Positions 41,395-51,885 of a DNA stretch of 64,000 nucleotides are shown here, piece after piece; the first letter of the stretch is position 1, and every line of letters begins with the position of its first letter. The position numbers and the translations under genes were made by a program. The notes below the pieces were generated by a model that saw only the letters and a program-made list of their open reading frames with translations, searched no databases and was not told the origin of the DNA. The stretch is from Histomonas meleagridis 2922-C6/04-290x (taxonomy: Eukaryota; Protista; Parabasalia), in NCBI GenBank assembly GCA_020184695.1, contig JAANOX010000238.1, positions 186,001 through 250,000 of the forward strand. Direction: 5' to 3'.

Positions 41395-44300
41395 ATGCCT
41401 TCAGACAACGATGATTTTGTTCCACAAAAAGATTCTAGAACAAGATCAAACTCATTGACTAAAGTCAATAGTATGAATCAAGATGATTTTAAGCGTAAAA
41501 AACCCGAAAAACCACCTGAACAATCTCCATCACCAAAACCTAAACAAGGAAGATCACGTACAACTGCGCCAAAGGCACAAGAAGTTGGGCCTATTCTTCA
41601 CTTTGATAATGATGGGAAGGATGATGGTTTTTCGAATATTTTTGCATCAAAAGAGCCATGTGTTATTCCTCCAGTTATTCAATTACTGTACTCTCCAAGC
41701 ACTGAAATTGGAAGGCTTGATGTTCCTATTGATAAATTAGATTGTTTTGATCAAATTAAAGATATTAACGAAATAATTTCGCTCACTAAAATAGCAAAGG
41801 ATTATATCCCATTCTTGTATAGCTATCGTTCCATCATGAAAGCTATTAATTCTGATAACCTTCCTCCTGACCAAAGATTAATTGATACTTCCATGTCTGA
41901 TAAAACGAAAAGTGGGCCAATTACAAAAATCTTTAGGGAAACTTTCAAAGGCACAATTGAGCGTCTATGGAACTTAAAAGAATTCTGTACCCAAATATCA
42001 GAAACCATCAAAAAAATGTTCCTTTCAATACAATATGAGCCATCCGATGTTTTCTTCCGTTACCTCACAGATCTTTTTGATGTTGTTTTCAACATTGATT
42101 ATCTTAAACTTGTTAAAACAGGATTTCTTAATGATTTAGCATTTGTTAAAAGAGATACTGAACAAGATGAAGAAACTAAAGACAAAATCTTTAACCTACA
42201 ACCTTGGGTTCCATCACCATATTCTACTCTTAGTTCAATTCGAGATGCAATAAATAATGAGCTTGATAAAAGTAAGCCAAAACAATCCAAATATTTACAT
42301 GTCTTTTCCAAGTATCTCAAATATTGCGTTAGTTTCTTTTCAGGCAAATATGTTTTACCACAAGAAAAGAATGCATTAATCATTGGTATGATCTCAACTA
42401 TATATATTCAATCCAATCCAAAGAACCCGCAATATGATATCTTTGCGCAAGCGGACCTTTCACAAGTCTATTCCATCATTGAAGGTAATCCAATTATTCC
42501 ATTATATGGTGAAAATAGTTTTGCGCCAGGATATATCTTAGCAGGTATCCAAGGCTTTAAAGCTGAAGAAACTAACATAGCTACCACCGCAGAAAAGCTT
42601 AAGTCTAAAGAAACGCGTTGTCTTCTCAAATATAGGCTTAACGAATTCCAAGAAAAATACAGAACTTTACTTCAGATCACTACTTCACTAGTGAAGGATG
42701 AACCTGCTACAACTCAAGACCTCTTGCAACTCCTCCAAGGTATTGCAGAGATGTCCATAGCCATCACCAGACAATCTGCCTTTAAATCTATTGTTGTAGC
42801 TCAAGTTAGTGATGAATCGATCAAAAAATTTGATCGAGCTGTTCGTTTTAATTATACGAAAGATGACTTAAATGCACTTATTGAAGTTATTGGATACATT
42901 AAAACACTTAGTTGTGCGATTATTAAAGCCGAAGAAAAAATTGTTGATTATGCAAATACAACTGTTAATCGAGGAATTCAACAATTCATCCAAAATGAAA
43001 TAGAACAACAACTTGTACGAGCAATTGCAGCCAAAGATAAAACGTCCATTAATATATTACGCCAATTACGTGATGCATTAGGACATTGGGGCAATAATGA
43101 TCCGAATCAAAAGCTTGCCAGCAAATCATCCAAAATTGTTAGTCATAAAATTGATGATTCAAATGCCACAGTTACAATTAACCAAATTGATATTGTCCGA
43201 ATTGAAGCCATTAAATTCATCACCAAAGATAGTCCATTTATGAAGAAGATTAGTACCTTTACGCCAGCACATATTCGTTCTAAAGATGTAGAAGAATATC
43301 AAAAGTTCATTAATGGATCTAATGAATGGTATTATCTTATTAAGTATATTGATTTAGTCAAAGAATCAACAAACTTAGGCTCATTATGGTTTAGAGAAGT
43401 TTTCTTAGATATGGATAAAGTATTACAATTTCCAGTACGTTCATCATTACCATTTATTTTAGTTGAACATTTACTTACAACTGATAATCCATCATTACAT
43501 GACTCAATGTTATTTGCATTTGAAATATATAATGATGCAGCATTTACTGCATTAAATACATTTAAGTCACGATATTTATTTGATGAAGTTCAAGCCGAAG
43601 TTAGTTTATGTGTTGATATGATTGCATTTACATTTTCTGAAACATTTTATAAATCTTGTCGAGAAATAGCAGCACAAATGGAATTACCTAATGAATATGT
43701 CTCTAAGAATACATTACAACCAATGCGTTATAATATTATCTTAAGACAAAATCGATTAGAAATCTTAGGTGCAGCTGTTGATTTTAATCAAATTGCTACT
43801 GGAAAACTTAATCAAAAGATGCGGAAAGAATTAGAAAGTTATATTGAATTATTAACTGATTTTAGATTAGCTCCATATGTAGCACATTTAATTAAAGTTG
43901 CAAAGACTACACATGAATTATTATTACAATATCATTTACAAATGGATCCATTTGATACTATATGGCAACGCGCATGTCAATTTACACAACCATTAGTATT
44001 ACAATCACGTTTAAGTACATTATGTATTGATTCATTTGATTTTGATCATATGGTGTTTAATGTATTATCACAACGATTTATCTTTAGCAAGTCAATTAAT
44101 ATTAATCCAGTTACATTAGAGAGTTGGGCCAAAGAATATGTCCAAATTCATACACATGAAACTAATTATGTTGGCCAAGAACATTTCGAAGCTTTAGTTT
44201 ACTTATTAAGTCCAGGAGAATTAAGTATTTTAGTACAACGATTAATGTTAACATTCCAAGAAGAAGTTATGCAAATGTTTACTAATTATTCACATGTAGC

Positions 44301-44928
44301 TACATCGATACGATTACTTAAACCAGGTACACGTGATGACTTATTAGGATTTTATTCATTTATAAGTGACGCATATAACCAATTTACACATCCATCATTA
44401 GGAGCGTTATTAAATTCGATGCGTGTCGTAGGGAATATGATTGCATTCATATGGTGTTTAGATAATCATATACCATATAAAGGGAATACTTCATTAATAT
44501 CACCATTCTTTAATGTGCTGAGTGAAATGTTAAGTAATACAAAGGATTTGTTCATACAAGAAGGTCTGAATCTGGATGAAGAAAATACACATTTGAACTA
44601 CACGTTTAGTATCATATGGTCTGTGTTGGAATTCATCATATGTTCGCCAGGTACAATTAAATTGGGTGAGAATGACGTGCAGTTAATGAATAGATTCGGT
44701 GATGGCCCAATATTTTGTGCTCATACGTTAATTACAATTTGTAACCAACAAAAATATTACGAATTTTATTCTTTGTGCTCAAGAGTAATGATGTTGTCAA
44801 AGGCTGAAAATACAAAAATGGAACAAACAGAGTTGGAGGAGTTCTTGAAGAAGGCAAAGGTGGTGAAGCAAATAAAGTTGTTCGCAAATGTAGTGGCAGG
44901 ACCGTTCTCTATGCAAAATAATAAGTAA
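41395..44928 (+). CDS. CYFIP/Sra1/PIR121 family (WAVE complex subunit)
   Basis: AVRFNYTKDDLNALIEVIGYIK, LGSLWFREVFL...QFPVRSSLPFILVEHLL, FEIYNDAA..AL..FKSRYLFDEVQAEVSLC, FGDG. Confidence 0.88.
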   Translation: MPSDNDDFVPQKDSRTRSNSLTKVNSMNQDDFKRKKPEKPPEQSPSPKPKQGRSRTTAPKAQEVGPILHFDNDGKDDGFSNIFASKEPCVIPPVIQLLYSPSTEIGRLDVPIDKLDCFDQIKDINEIISLTKIAKDYIPFLYSYRSIMKAINSDNLPPDQRLIDTSMSDKTKSGPITKIFRETFKGTIERLWNLKEFCTQISETIKKMFLSIQYEPSDVFFRYLTDLFDVVFNIDYLKLVKTGFLNDLAFVKRDTEQDEETKDKIFNLQPWVPSPYSTLSSIRDAINNELDKSKPKQSKYLHVFSKYLKYCVSFFSGKYVLPQEKNALIIGMISTIYIQSNPKNPQYDIFAQADLSQVYSIIEGNPIIPLYGENSFAPGYILAGIQGFKAEETNIATTAEKLKSKETRCLLKYRLNEFQEKYRTLLQITTSLVKDEPATTQDLLQLLQGIAEMSIAITRQSAFKSIVVAQVSDESIKKFDRAVRFNYTKDDLNALIEVIGYIKTLSCAIIKAEEKIVDYANTTVNRGIQQFIQNEIEQQLVRAIAAKDKTSINILRQLRDALGHWGNNDPNQKLASKSSKIVSHKIDDSNATVTINQIDIVRIEAIKFITKDSPFMKKISTFTPAHIRSKDVEEYQKFINGSNEWYYLIKYIDLVKESTNLGSLWFREVFLDMDKVLQFPVRSSLPFILVEHLLTTDNPSLHDSMLFAFEIYNDAAFTALNTFKSRYLFDEVQAEVSLCVDMIAFTFSETFYKSCREIAAQMELPNEYVSKNTLQPMRYNIILRQNRLEILGAAVDFNQIATGKLNQKMRKELESYIELLTDFRLAPYVAHLIKVAKTTHELLLQYHLQMDPFDTIWQRACQFTQPLVLQSRLSTLCIDSFDFDHMVFNVLSQRFIFSKSININPVTLESWAKEYVQIHTHETNYVGQEHFEALVYLLSPGELSILVQRLMLTFQEEVMQMFTNYSHVATSIRLLKPGTRDDLLGFYSFISDAYNQFTHPSLGALLNSMRVVGNMIAFIWCLDNHIPYKGNTSLISPFFNVLSEMLSNTKDLFIQEGLNLDEENTHLNYTFSIIWSVLEFIICSPGTIKLGENDVQLMNRFGDGPIFCAHTLITICNQQKYYEFYSLCSRVMMLSKAENTKMEQTELEEFLKKAKVVKQIKLFANVVAGPFSMQNNK

Positions 44929-44988
44929 AAATCTTTAAATATGAAATGTAATGAATTTGTTTGTAAATTATGAAACATAACGTGAAAA

Positions 44989-45905
44989 ATGAATGTGTTT
45001 ATATATGAAGTGATGAAACAATGTAAATGTATTTGATGAATGTGTTTATATATGAAGTGATGAAACAATGTAAATGTATTTAATGAATGTGTTTATATAT
45101 GAAGTGATGAAACAATGTAAATGTATTTGATGAATGTGTTTATATATGAAGTGATGAAACAATGTAAATGTATTTGATGAATGTGTTTATATATGAAGTG
45201 ATGAAACAATGTAAATATATTTGATGAATGTGTTTATATATGAAGTGATGAAACAATGTAAATGTATTTGATGAATGTGTTTATATATGAAGTGATGAAA
45301 CAATGTAAATGTATTTGATGAATGTGTTTATATATGAAGTGATGAAACAATGTAAATATATTTGATGAATGTGTTTTATATATGAAGTGATGAAACAATG
45401 TAAATGTATTTAATGAATGTGTTTATATATGAAGTGATGAAACAATGTAAATGTATTTGATGAATGTGTTTATATATGAAGTGATGAAACAATGTAAATG
45501 TATTTGATGAATGTGTTTATATATGAAGTGATGAAACAATGTAAATGTATTTGATGAATGTGTTTATATATGAAGTGATGAAACAATGTAAAATGTATTT
45601 AATGAATGTGTTTATATATGAAGTGATGAAACAATGTAAATGTATTTAATGAATGTGTTTATATATGAAGTGATGAAACAATGTAAATGTATTTGATGAA
45701 TGTGTTTATATATGAAGTGATGAAACAATGTAAATGTATTTGATGAATGTGTTTATATATGAAGTGATGAAACAATGTAAATGTATTTGATGAATGTGTT
45801 TATATATGAAGTGATGAAACAATGTAAATGTATTTAATGAATGTGTTTATATATGAAGTGATGAAACAATGTAAATGTATTTGATGAATGTGTATAAGTA
45901 TGAAG
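44989..45905 (+). repeat. 47-nt minisatellite, about 19.5 copies
   Basis: Unit ATGAATGTGTTTATATATGAAGTGATGAAACAATGTAAATGTATTTG, head-to-tail with no spacers; two units carry a 1-nt insertion. Confidence 0.97.
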
Positions 45906-46024
45906 TGTTACAAAGCGGACAAATTTTTCGTGTCCAACGGTCAAATTTTTGTGGCCTGCACTGTATTTACTGAAAATATAATAGCGACGATTACAAAATT
46001 ATTAAGAAAGTATTTTTATTATAT

Positions 46025-48283
46025 CTAATAATCAGCCTCGTAATCATAATATGGGGAATTATTCGGGAATGTCATATTTAACTCATTACCCATATTAATA
46101 TCCGATGCCGCGGTATGAATTCTACCCAAAACATTATCTACTTTTCTACCGAAAGGCTTTGATATCAGAGATACCACTTTCACGATCAAAGGTCTGCACG
46201 GTATTCTCACTAATTTCGATAAGTCATTAACTATTACTTCTATGAAAGACAAATCCAAATTTCCGACTTCAGCAATTTGTGAAATTAAAACATTTCCATT
46301 TTCTGCGTCGCTTTTTATTGCGTTACAAATATCGAACACTAATTTTAATGGTAAAATATCATTAACATTTACGCTTATAGTTTGTGGTTGTCTTGTTTCG
46401 ATTACAATCGAATCAATTACATTACCTAATGATACTATATCTAATTTACAAAATTTTTCGAGTGATGTTAATAAGTCACAAAACTCTTTCGGTAATGCAT
46501 CGAGGACATTTCTAAGAGATGTTTCTTTCGTCATTTCATTTAATGGATCAAGCATCATAAAGAATGCTTCTCCAAGTTTATCATTAATTACATTTAATAC
46601 ATCAGAAAGTTTAAAATCGGATTTAATAATGTTTCCTATTTCGTTAATTCCTTTTGTTAATATGTTATATGTGTTACCAAGTTTTAATGAGTTAAATATT
46701 GGTGCTAATAAATTAATAATTGGTGGTATTGCTTGGCCAACAAGATGTACAATCATGTCGATTGCTTTACTATTTATTATATATAAATTCGCAAATTCGG
46801 TGGTCTCATGAATTGTGTTCTGTAAATACGTTGTTAAAGTTTGATCTTTAAGTCCTGCAATAACATCATGGAAACTTTTAATGTTATTAAATGATGCTTC
46901 ACTATAATTAATCATTTTAGTATTGATAGAATAATTTGTGAGATTTTGTATCATTGTGACGTTTTCTTTAGTAATTGTGTTATTAAGATTTCGTACTATG
47001 AAATAATCCTCGATTGGAATAGTCTTGTCTGAAAGATCTTTAATTGTTTCACATAAAATTCGATAATATAATGCGCCTTCGAGAGTGGCATTGAAATATT
47101 GTGCTAATGAAAAAATGTCTTTAAGATTGGTAGAAAGGGTATATCGCTCGGCTGCATCAATTACTTCTTGACAGCCTTGAGCTATTTGTATAAGTGTTTC
47201 ATTTTTAACAAAATTGGCACAAATTTGAAAAACATCAAACGTATCGTTAACCGTTGATGTACAGTAGTCAATTGCTGTTAGATAAAAAGTGACATTAGTT
47301 TCATCTAATCCAAATGAATCAACTAAAAGAGTTTTAAGATTAGGATGCCCAGTAGCAAGTTCCTTGGCAAGTGGAATGATGTACTTTTCGGCATCTTCTT
47401 TATATGTAGTCCAACCACAGAGAGTAACAAGAAATGAATAGAGATTACTTCTTTCTGTCATATTAAGAACTCTATTACCAAAATCTTCAAGATGATGCAT
47501 ACGGCCTTCAAGAGGAGAACTATTGAAATCAAAGATCTTAGAAAATGGTCCTTTGAGAATTCCCCATAAATCTGATATAAGATTAAGAGCAATAGCAAGA
47601 AGATCAACAACACCTAATAGACCGTGAAGAATTTGGTTTCCAAAAATACTTGCATTCATATTGTTATCATTATTGGCTGTTGATAAAGCATACGAATATT
47701 CATAAAGATCTAAGTAGTTTTGGATACACTTCTCAGCACCAAGGAATTCATATATTTGCGGCCATGTTATTTTTGTTTTAGATAATAAATTTATTACAAT
47801 TTTGTACACACCTGAAAGTGGAGCTGCATCAATACCAAGAGACTGTATAAGATCTTGAAGTGAAATTTGGTTTGACATGGTGATGTTGTCAATTGCTTTT
47901 TTAAATGAATCCCAATATGATACATTCCAATTCAAAAGACCGAAAAAGTCATATCCAATTTCGATGATTGGATAAATCATTGTGTCTTTAAAACCAATTA
48001 ATCCAACTGTAAGAAGATAAGATTTTTCTTCAATTGTTTGAGGAAGAATTCCTAAAACTTGTGTAATCATTTGGTTGTCTATAATATTAATAAGGGTTGA
48101 TACGTCAAAATCAGGCGCAATTGTATTAGTAAAATTCTCAAATTTTAATTGAAAATCTTCTAAACCAGCAGCCTTGAAAAATTCTCCTACAGTGTACTCT
48201 TTTCCTGATAGGCGGATCAGAACATCGAATATATTTTCTTTGGCTAAAGAAGGAAAACAAAATATGGAAAAAAGAAGAAGCAT
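46025..48283 (-). CDS. Hypothetical secreted/surface protein
   Basis: Signal-peptide-like MLLLFSIFCFPSLA; about 750 aa intact, helical, many N-x-S/T sites. Confidence 0.7.
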   Translation of the reverse strand: MLLLFSIFCFPSLAKENIFDVLIRLSGKEYTVGEFFKAAGLEDFQLKFENFTNTIAPDFDVSTLINIIDNQMITQVLGILPQTIEEKSYLLTVGLIGFKDTMIYPIIEIGYDFFGLLNWNVSYWDSFKKAIDNITMSNQISLQDLIQSLGIDAAPLSGVYKIVINLLSKTKITWPQIYEFLGAEKCIQNYLDLYEYSYALSTANNDNNMNASIFGNQILHGLLGVVDLLAIALNLISDLWGILKGPFSKIFDFNSSPLEGRMHHLEDFGNRVLNMTERSNLYSFLVTLCGWTTYKEDAEKYIIPLAKELATGHPNLKTLLVDSFGLDETNVTFYLTAIDYCTSTVNDTFDVFQICANFVKNETLIQIAQGCQEVIDAAERYTLSTNLKDIFSLAQYFNATLEGALYYRILCETIKDLSDKTIPIEDYFIVRNLNNTITKENVTMIQNLTNYSINTKMINYSEASFNNIKSFHDVIAGLKDQTLTTYLQNTIHETTEFANLYIINSKAIDMIVHLVGQAIPPIINLLAPIFNSLKLGNTYNILTKGINEIGNIIKSDFKLSDVLNVINDKLGEAFFMMLDPLNEMTKETSLRNVLDALPKEFCDLLTSLEKFCKLDIVSLGNVIDSIVIETRQPQTISVNVNDILPLKLVFDICNAIKSDAENGNVLISQIAEVGNLDLSFIEVIVNDLSKLVRIPCRPLIVKVVSLISKPFGRKVDNVLGRIHTAASDINMGNELNMTFPNNSPYYDYEADY

Positions 48284-49759
48284 CCTTCTTACCAATGAAC
48301 TCGATCAGATCGCTATTCAAAATTCAGTGTAAACACCCATCAGTATGATGAGAATTTGGATCATATTTGAAATAAACGTTCGTGCGGTTATTCTGCGAAT
48401 TGAGAAGGGGTGCCTCACCGAAAGCTGGAATGCACATATATTAAAACAGGAGATAAATTTATCATTCAGCCATGGTTCCGTAATTAAAGTACCGTTAAAC
48501 TTTTGGATGAATTGTTATCGTACAAGCAATCATATAACTATTACTACATTTAATAATAATAATATTTCTAATTTATTAAATTTTAATAGTTATATATTTA
48601 GCAATATAAATAATAATAATATACCAAAGTTAATGCTTATTCAATCATCTTCATCAAATTCGGTGAAATTAGGATTTGTAATATTTCCATCAAATAAGAA
48701 AAGTTTGATACAAATATATTATAAAATAATTAATCGTTAAAGGTTCAAGATATCCAATCTCAATACCGTTAAAACCAAATGAAATTGGACTTAATAAATT
48801 ATACACAATCGAATTCATGAATACAAAATTTATTTAAATAAAAATGATGAAGATGAAACTTTCGATGATAAAAAACAAAATTTGTTATATAACTTAAGTC
48901 GTAATTTAATGAAAAATGAATTAACAAAAGAAGAAAATATTAAAATTATTAAACATATTTACCAATATCCAAATTATGCAAAATATTGTCGAACAATTAT
49001 ATTAAAATCATTGAATGATAATAATAAAAATAAGATAATAAATGATTGGCGCGATGCTTAAATTGAAGTAGTGAAAGAGAAAAAAAAAATAAATGATTGG
49101 AACACATTGTGGAGAGATGTTATGGTACTGCCTGATGAAAAAAGAAGTCGTAACAGAAAATATTAGAAAATTACAGCCGGTGATAGAATGAGAATTTGCT
49201 ATTGTAAATGCTTTCCTTTGATAATGAAATATTTTGTAAAAAAATGAATAAACAGAAAAATAATAAATTTGTTATCGATATGCAGAAAGATAAAATTTGA
49301 TTTAATTTGTTGATAATGAAAATATTTTATTGAGAATAAAAAAATAATTTGTTATCTAAATGATACCTCATAGCTGCACCTATAAGTACAAATGGTTGGA
49401 AATAACTTATTTTTGAAGAGGGAAGAAGATGAATGGATATATAAAATTATACTGTTTTCGATAATATTGAAAATATACAATATTGGAATTAAAGGATTTT
49501 CTTCTCATAATAAATATTTTTCTTCATATAATTTGAACACTGGGGTTCTGACATTAGATATACTTTATCACTCTTTATCGAATTATATGTAGAGCAAAGT
49601 TTTCTTTTGCTTTCACTTTTAAATACAAATAAAAGTCATGAATTTTATTATTTACATGTAATTGCTATTGGAAAACTTGTTTATTCAATTAAAAAATCTA
49701 CTCATTTACTTCAAATAATCGAGCATCTTATGATGAAATTCCTGATGTTATACTTTTCA

Positions 49760-50740
49760 CCAAAGAATGATTGGGAATTACATAAGAAATTAATTAGAGA
49801 AGGACATAATCCAAATGAAATTGCAAAAATAATTCGAAATGATGAAATAGAAAAACTTCAAGAAATATCATCGCAACAAAATTTTAATTTTAATCAAAAA
49901 ATTGAGCCATCACTTTATGAAAGATGTTCATTTATTAATCAAAAGAATGTTACATTAATTGATTATGCAGCATTTTTTTCTTCTGTTAAATGTTTTAAGT
50001 ATTTACTTATTAACAATGCAAACGTAAATAACACAGGTAAATATGCAGTTGCAGGTGGAAATGAAGAAATCATTCATTTGTGTGAACAAAATCATTCATC
50101 ATTTGATAAAGCATATGAAGCAGCAATTGAATTTCATTGGAATGATATCTTTAAATATTTTTATGATAATAAATTAAAAGAAATTAATAATTTAGATGAA
50201 TTAGGAAAGCTTTGTATTTTATATCATAATTATGAAATATTTTCATTTTTACTTAAAGAAGGAATGAAAATCAATGATGATATTGTTAATGAATCAGCAA
50301 TGATTGGAAATATTTTTTTAGTTAAATATTTTCTTAGAGATCATACAATTCCCCATGATATATTGGTATTTTCAGCTGAATCAATAAATATTGAACTTGT
50401 TGAATACATTTTAAAGCAAGATGGAATTGATATTAATGCTAAAGATATTTATTCGTTTTATTTTCTATTTCAAAATAATATTTGGAAATGATTTAAATTA
50501 TTTAAAACAGCACTTATGTATGCATCTTCAAATGGTCATATAGAAATAGTTAAATTACTTCTTGAACAAGAAAGAATTGATATTAATGCTAAAAATATTA
50601 ATTTGTTATATTTGAAACTTATATTAATAATAATTTAGAATTTCAAAATAATATTTGGAAATCATTTAAATTATTTAAATCAGCACTTATGTTGGCATCT
50701 TTTAATGGTTTTACAGAAATAGTTAAATTACTTGAACAAA
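49760..50740 (+). pseudogene. DUF3447-type ankyrin gene, 5'-truncated paralogue of 14711-17060
   Basis: Near-identical NDWELH...IAKIIRNDEIEKLQEISSQ...AVAGGNEEIIHLCEQNHS block; two ankyrin linkers interrupted by AT-rich inserts. Confidence 0.8.
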
Positions 50741-51499
50741 AATAATTAAACTTAATATTCGACACTAAATCGACATTAAAACCAAAATGATATTAAATCT
50801 ATTACTATAATAGCAAATAAATATATATTTTTTATTATTGGATTTGCTTGCAAATGTAATTTAATTGAGAGAAAAAGTTCTTAAGTATTCGAAACTAATA
50901 AGAATATTGATATATAACTAATCGCAATATTCGAATTAATTTCATTTGCATTTTGCAAAATGATGTAATATAATAATGTATAGCCATACCGAAAAATGAT
51001 TCAACAAATTGCATTATTTTTTCTTGTTGTTTTAATGAAAACTTAAGCAAAAATTGCGAACTAACTTAATAAATATATATGTAAACTAATTTACATTTCA
51101 AAATAATGGATCAATTACAGAACAATTCTAATAATATTCAAATTTAAGAATTTGGGATATGTCTTGAAAAACATGAGCAGGCACAGGTGTTAATATAAAA
51201 TAATTTAGAATAATAAAACATGCGATTTTCTGTAAATCGGGATAAAATTTTGATTCTACTTTTCATTAAGGAAAAATGAAAAATCATGGAATGTATTTCT
51301 AAGTATCTTATAATTCTTTCTTAAAATCAAATAAAAAAAGCTTTTTTTTAAATACATTGGTTGTTTTTATTCTATGAAACCTAAAAATTATTAATTTTAT
51401 ATGACAATAAATGAATTTTAAATTTCATCTCATTATCAATGTAATTTAGCAAAGCAAATCACTAATAAATAACTATATGATTATTTATATGAATAATTT

Positions 51500-51636
51500 C
51501 CAGCTTTATTGCTGTTTTATTGGTATTTTGTAGAGAGACCACGAATACATTTGGAACATGAATTTTTCTAACAAGTATTGCTGAAGATCCATTTGCGGTT
51601 GACCTTCAAGAAGAAAATTTCATTGAACAAATGTGA
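51500..51636 (+). pseudogene. Remnant cytoplasmic tail of a surface-protein gene
   Basis: SIAEDPFAVDLQEENFIEQM*, similar to the tail at 37870-37934. Confidence 0.45.
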
Positions 51637-51885
51637 CTTTGTTTCATTTTATTTGAATAAATAAATTTCATATATTCGAAATAAAATCATTTTTTAAGTG
51701 TTACTGCTTTTTGATTATCTTTTTATAAATTTTTTAGAGCTTATAATATATTACAAGGCAGATATGTCGTTTGAAAGTCATCTAGATTAATGATCATTTT
51801 GAACGTTCCAATAAATTTGGGGCTACCCCATATCACACGCAGTTTTCAATTCAAAAAGTGTACTTCATCCATACGCAAGTCTTCC

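Noticed and set aside
44989-45905. CRISPR-like appearance of the 47-nt array
   Set aside because: Units are head-to-tail with no unique spacers, there are no cas genes, and the context is eukaryotic.
50440-50510. Ankyrin inserts as ordinary GT-AG or AT-AC introns
   Set aside because: A GT is present in several copies, but joining it to the CAG before CACTT, or using AT...AC ends, puts the TAL motif out of frame; the 20-nt family has GA at that position.
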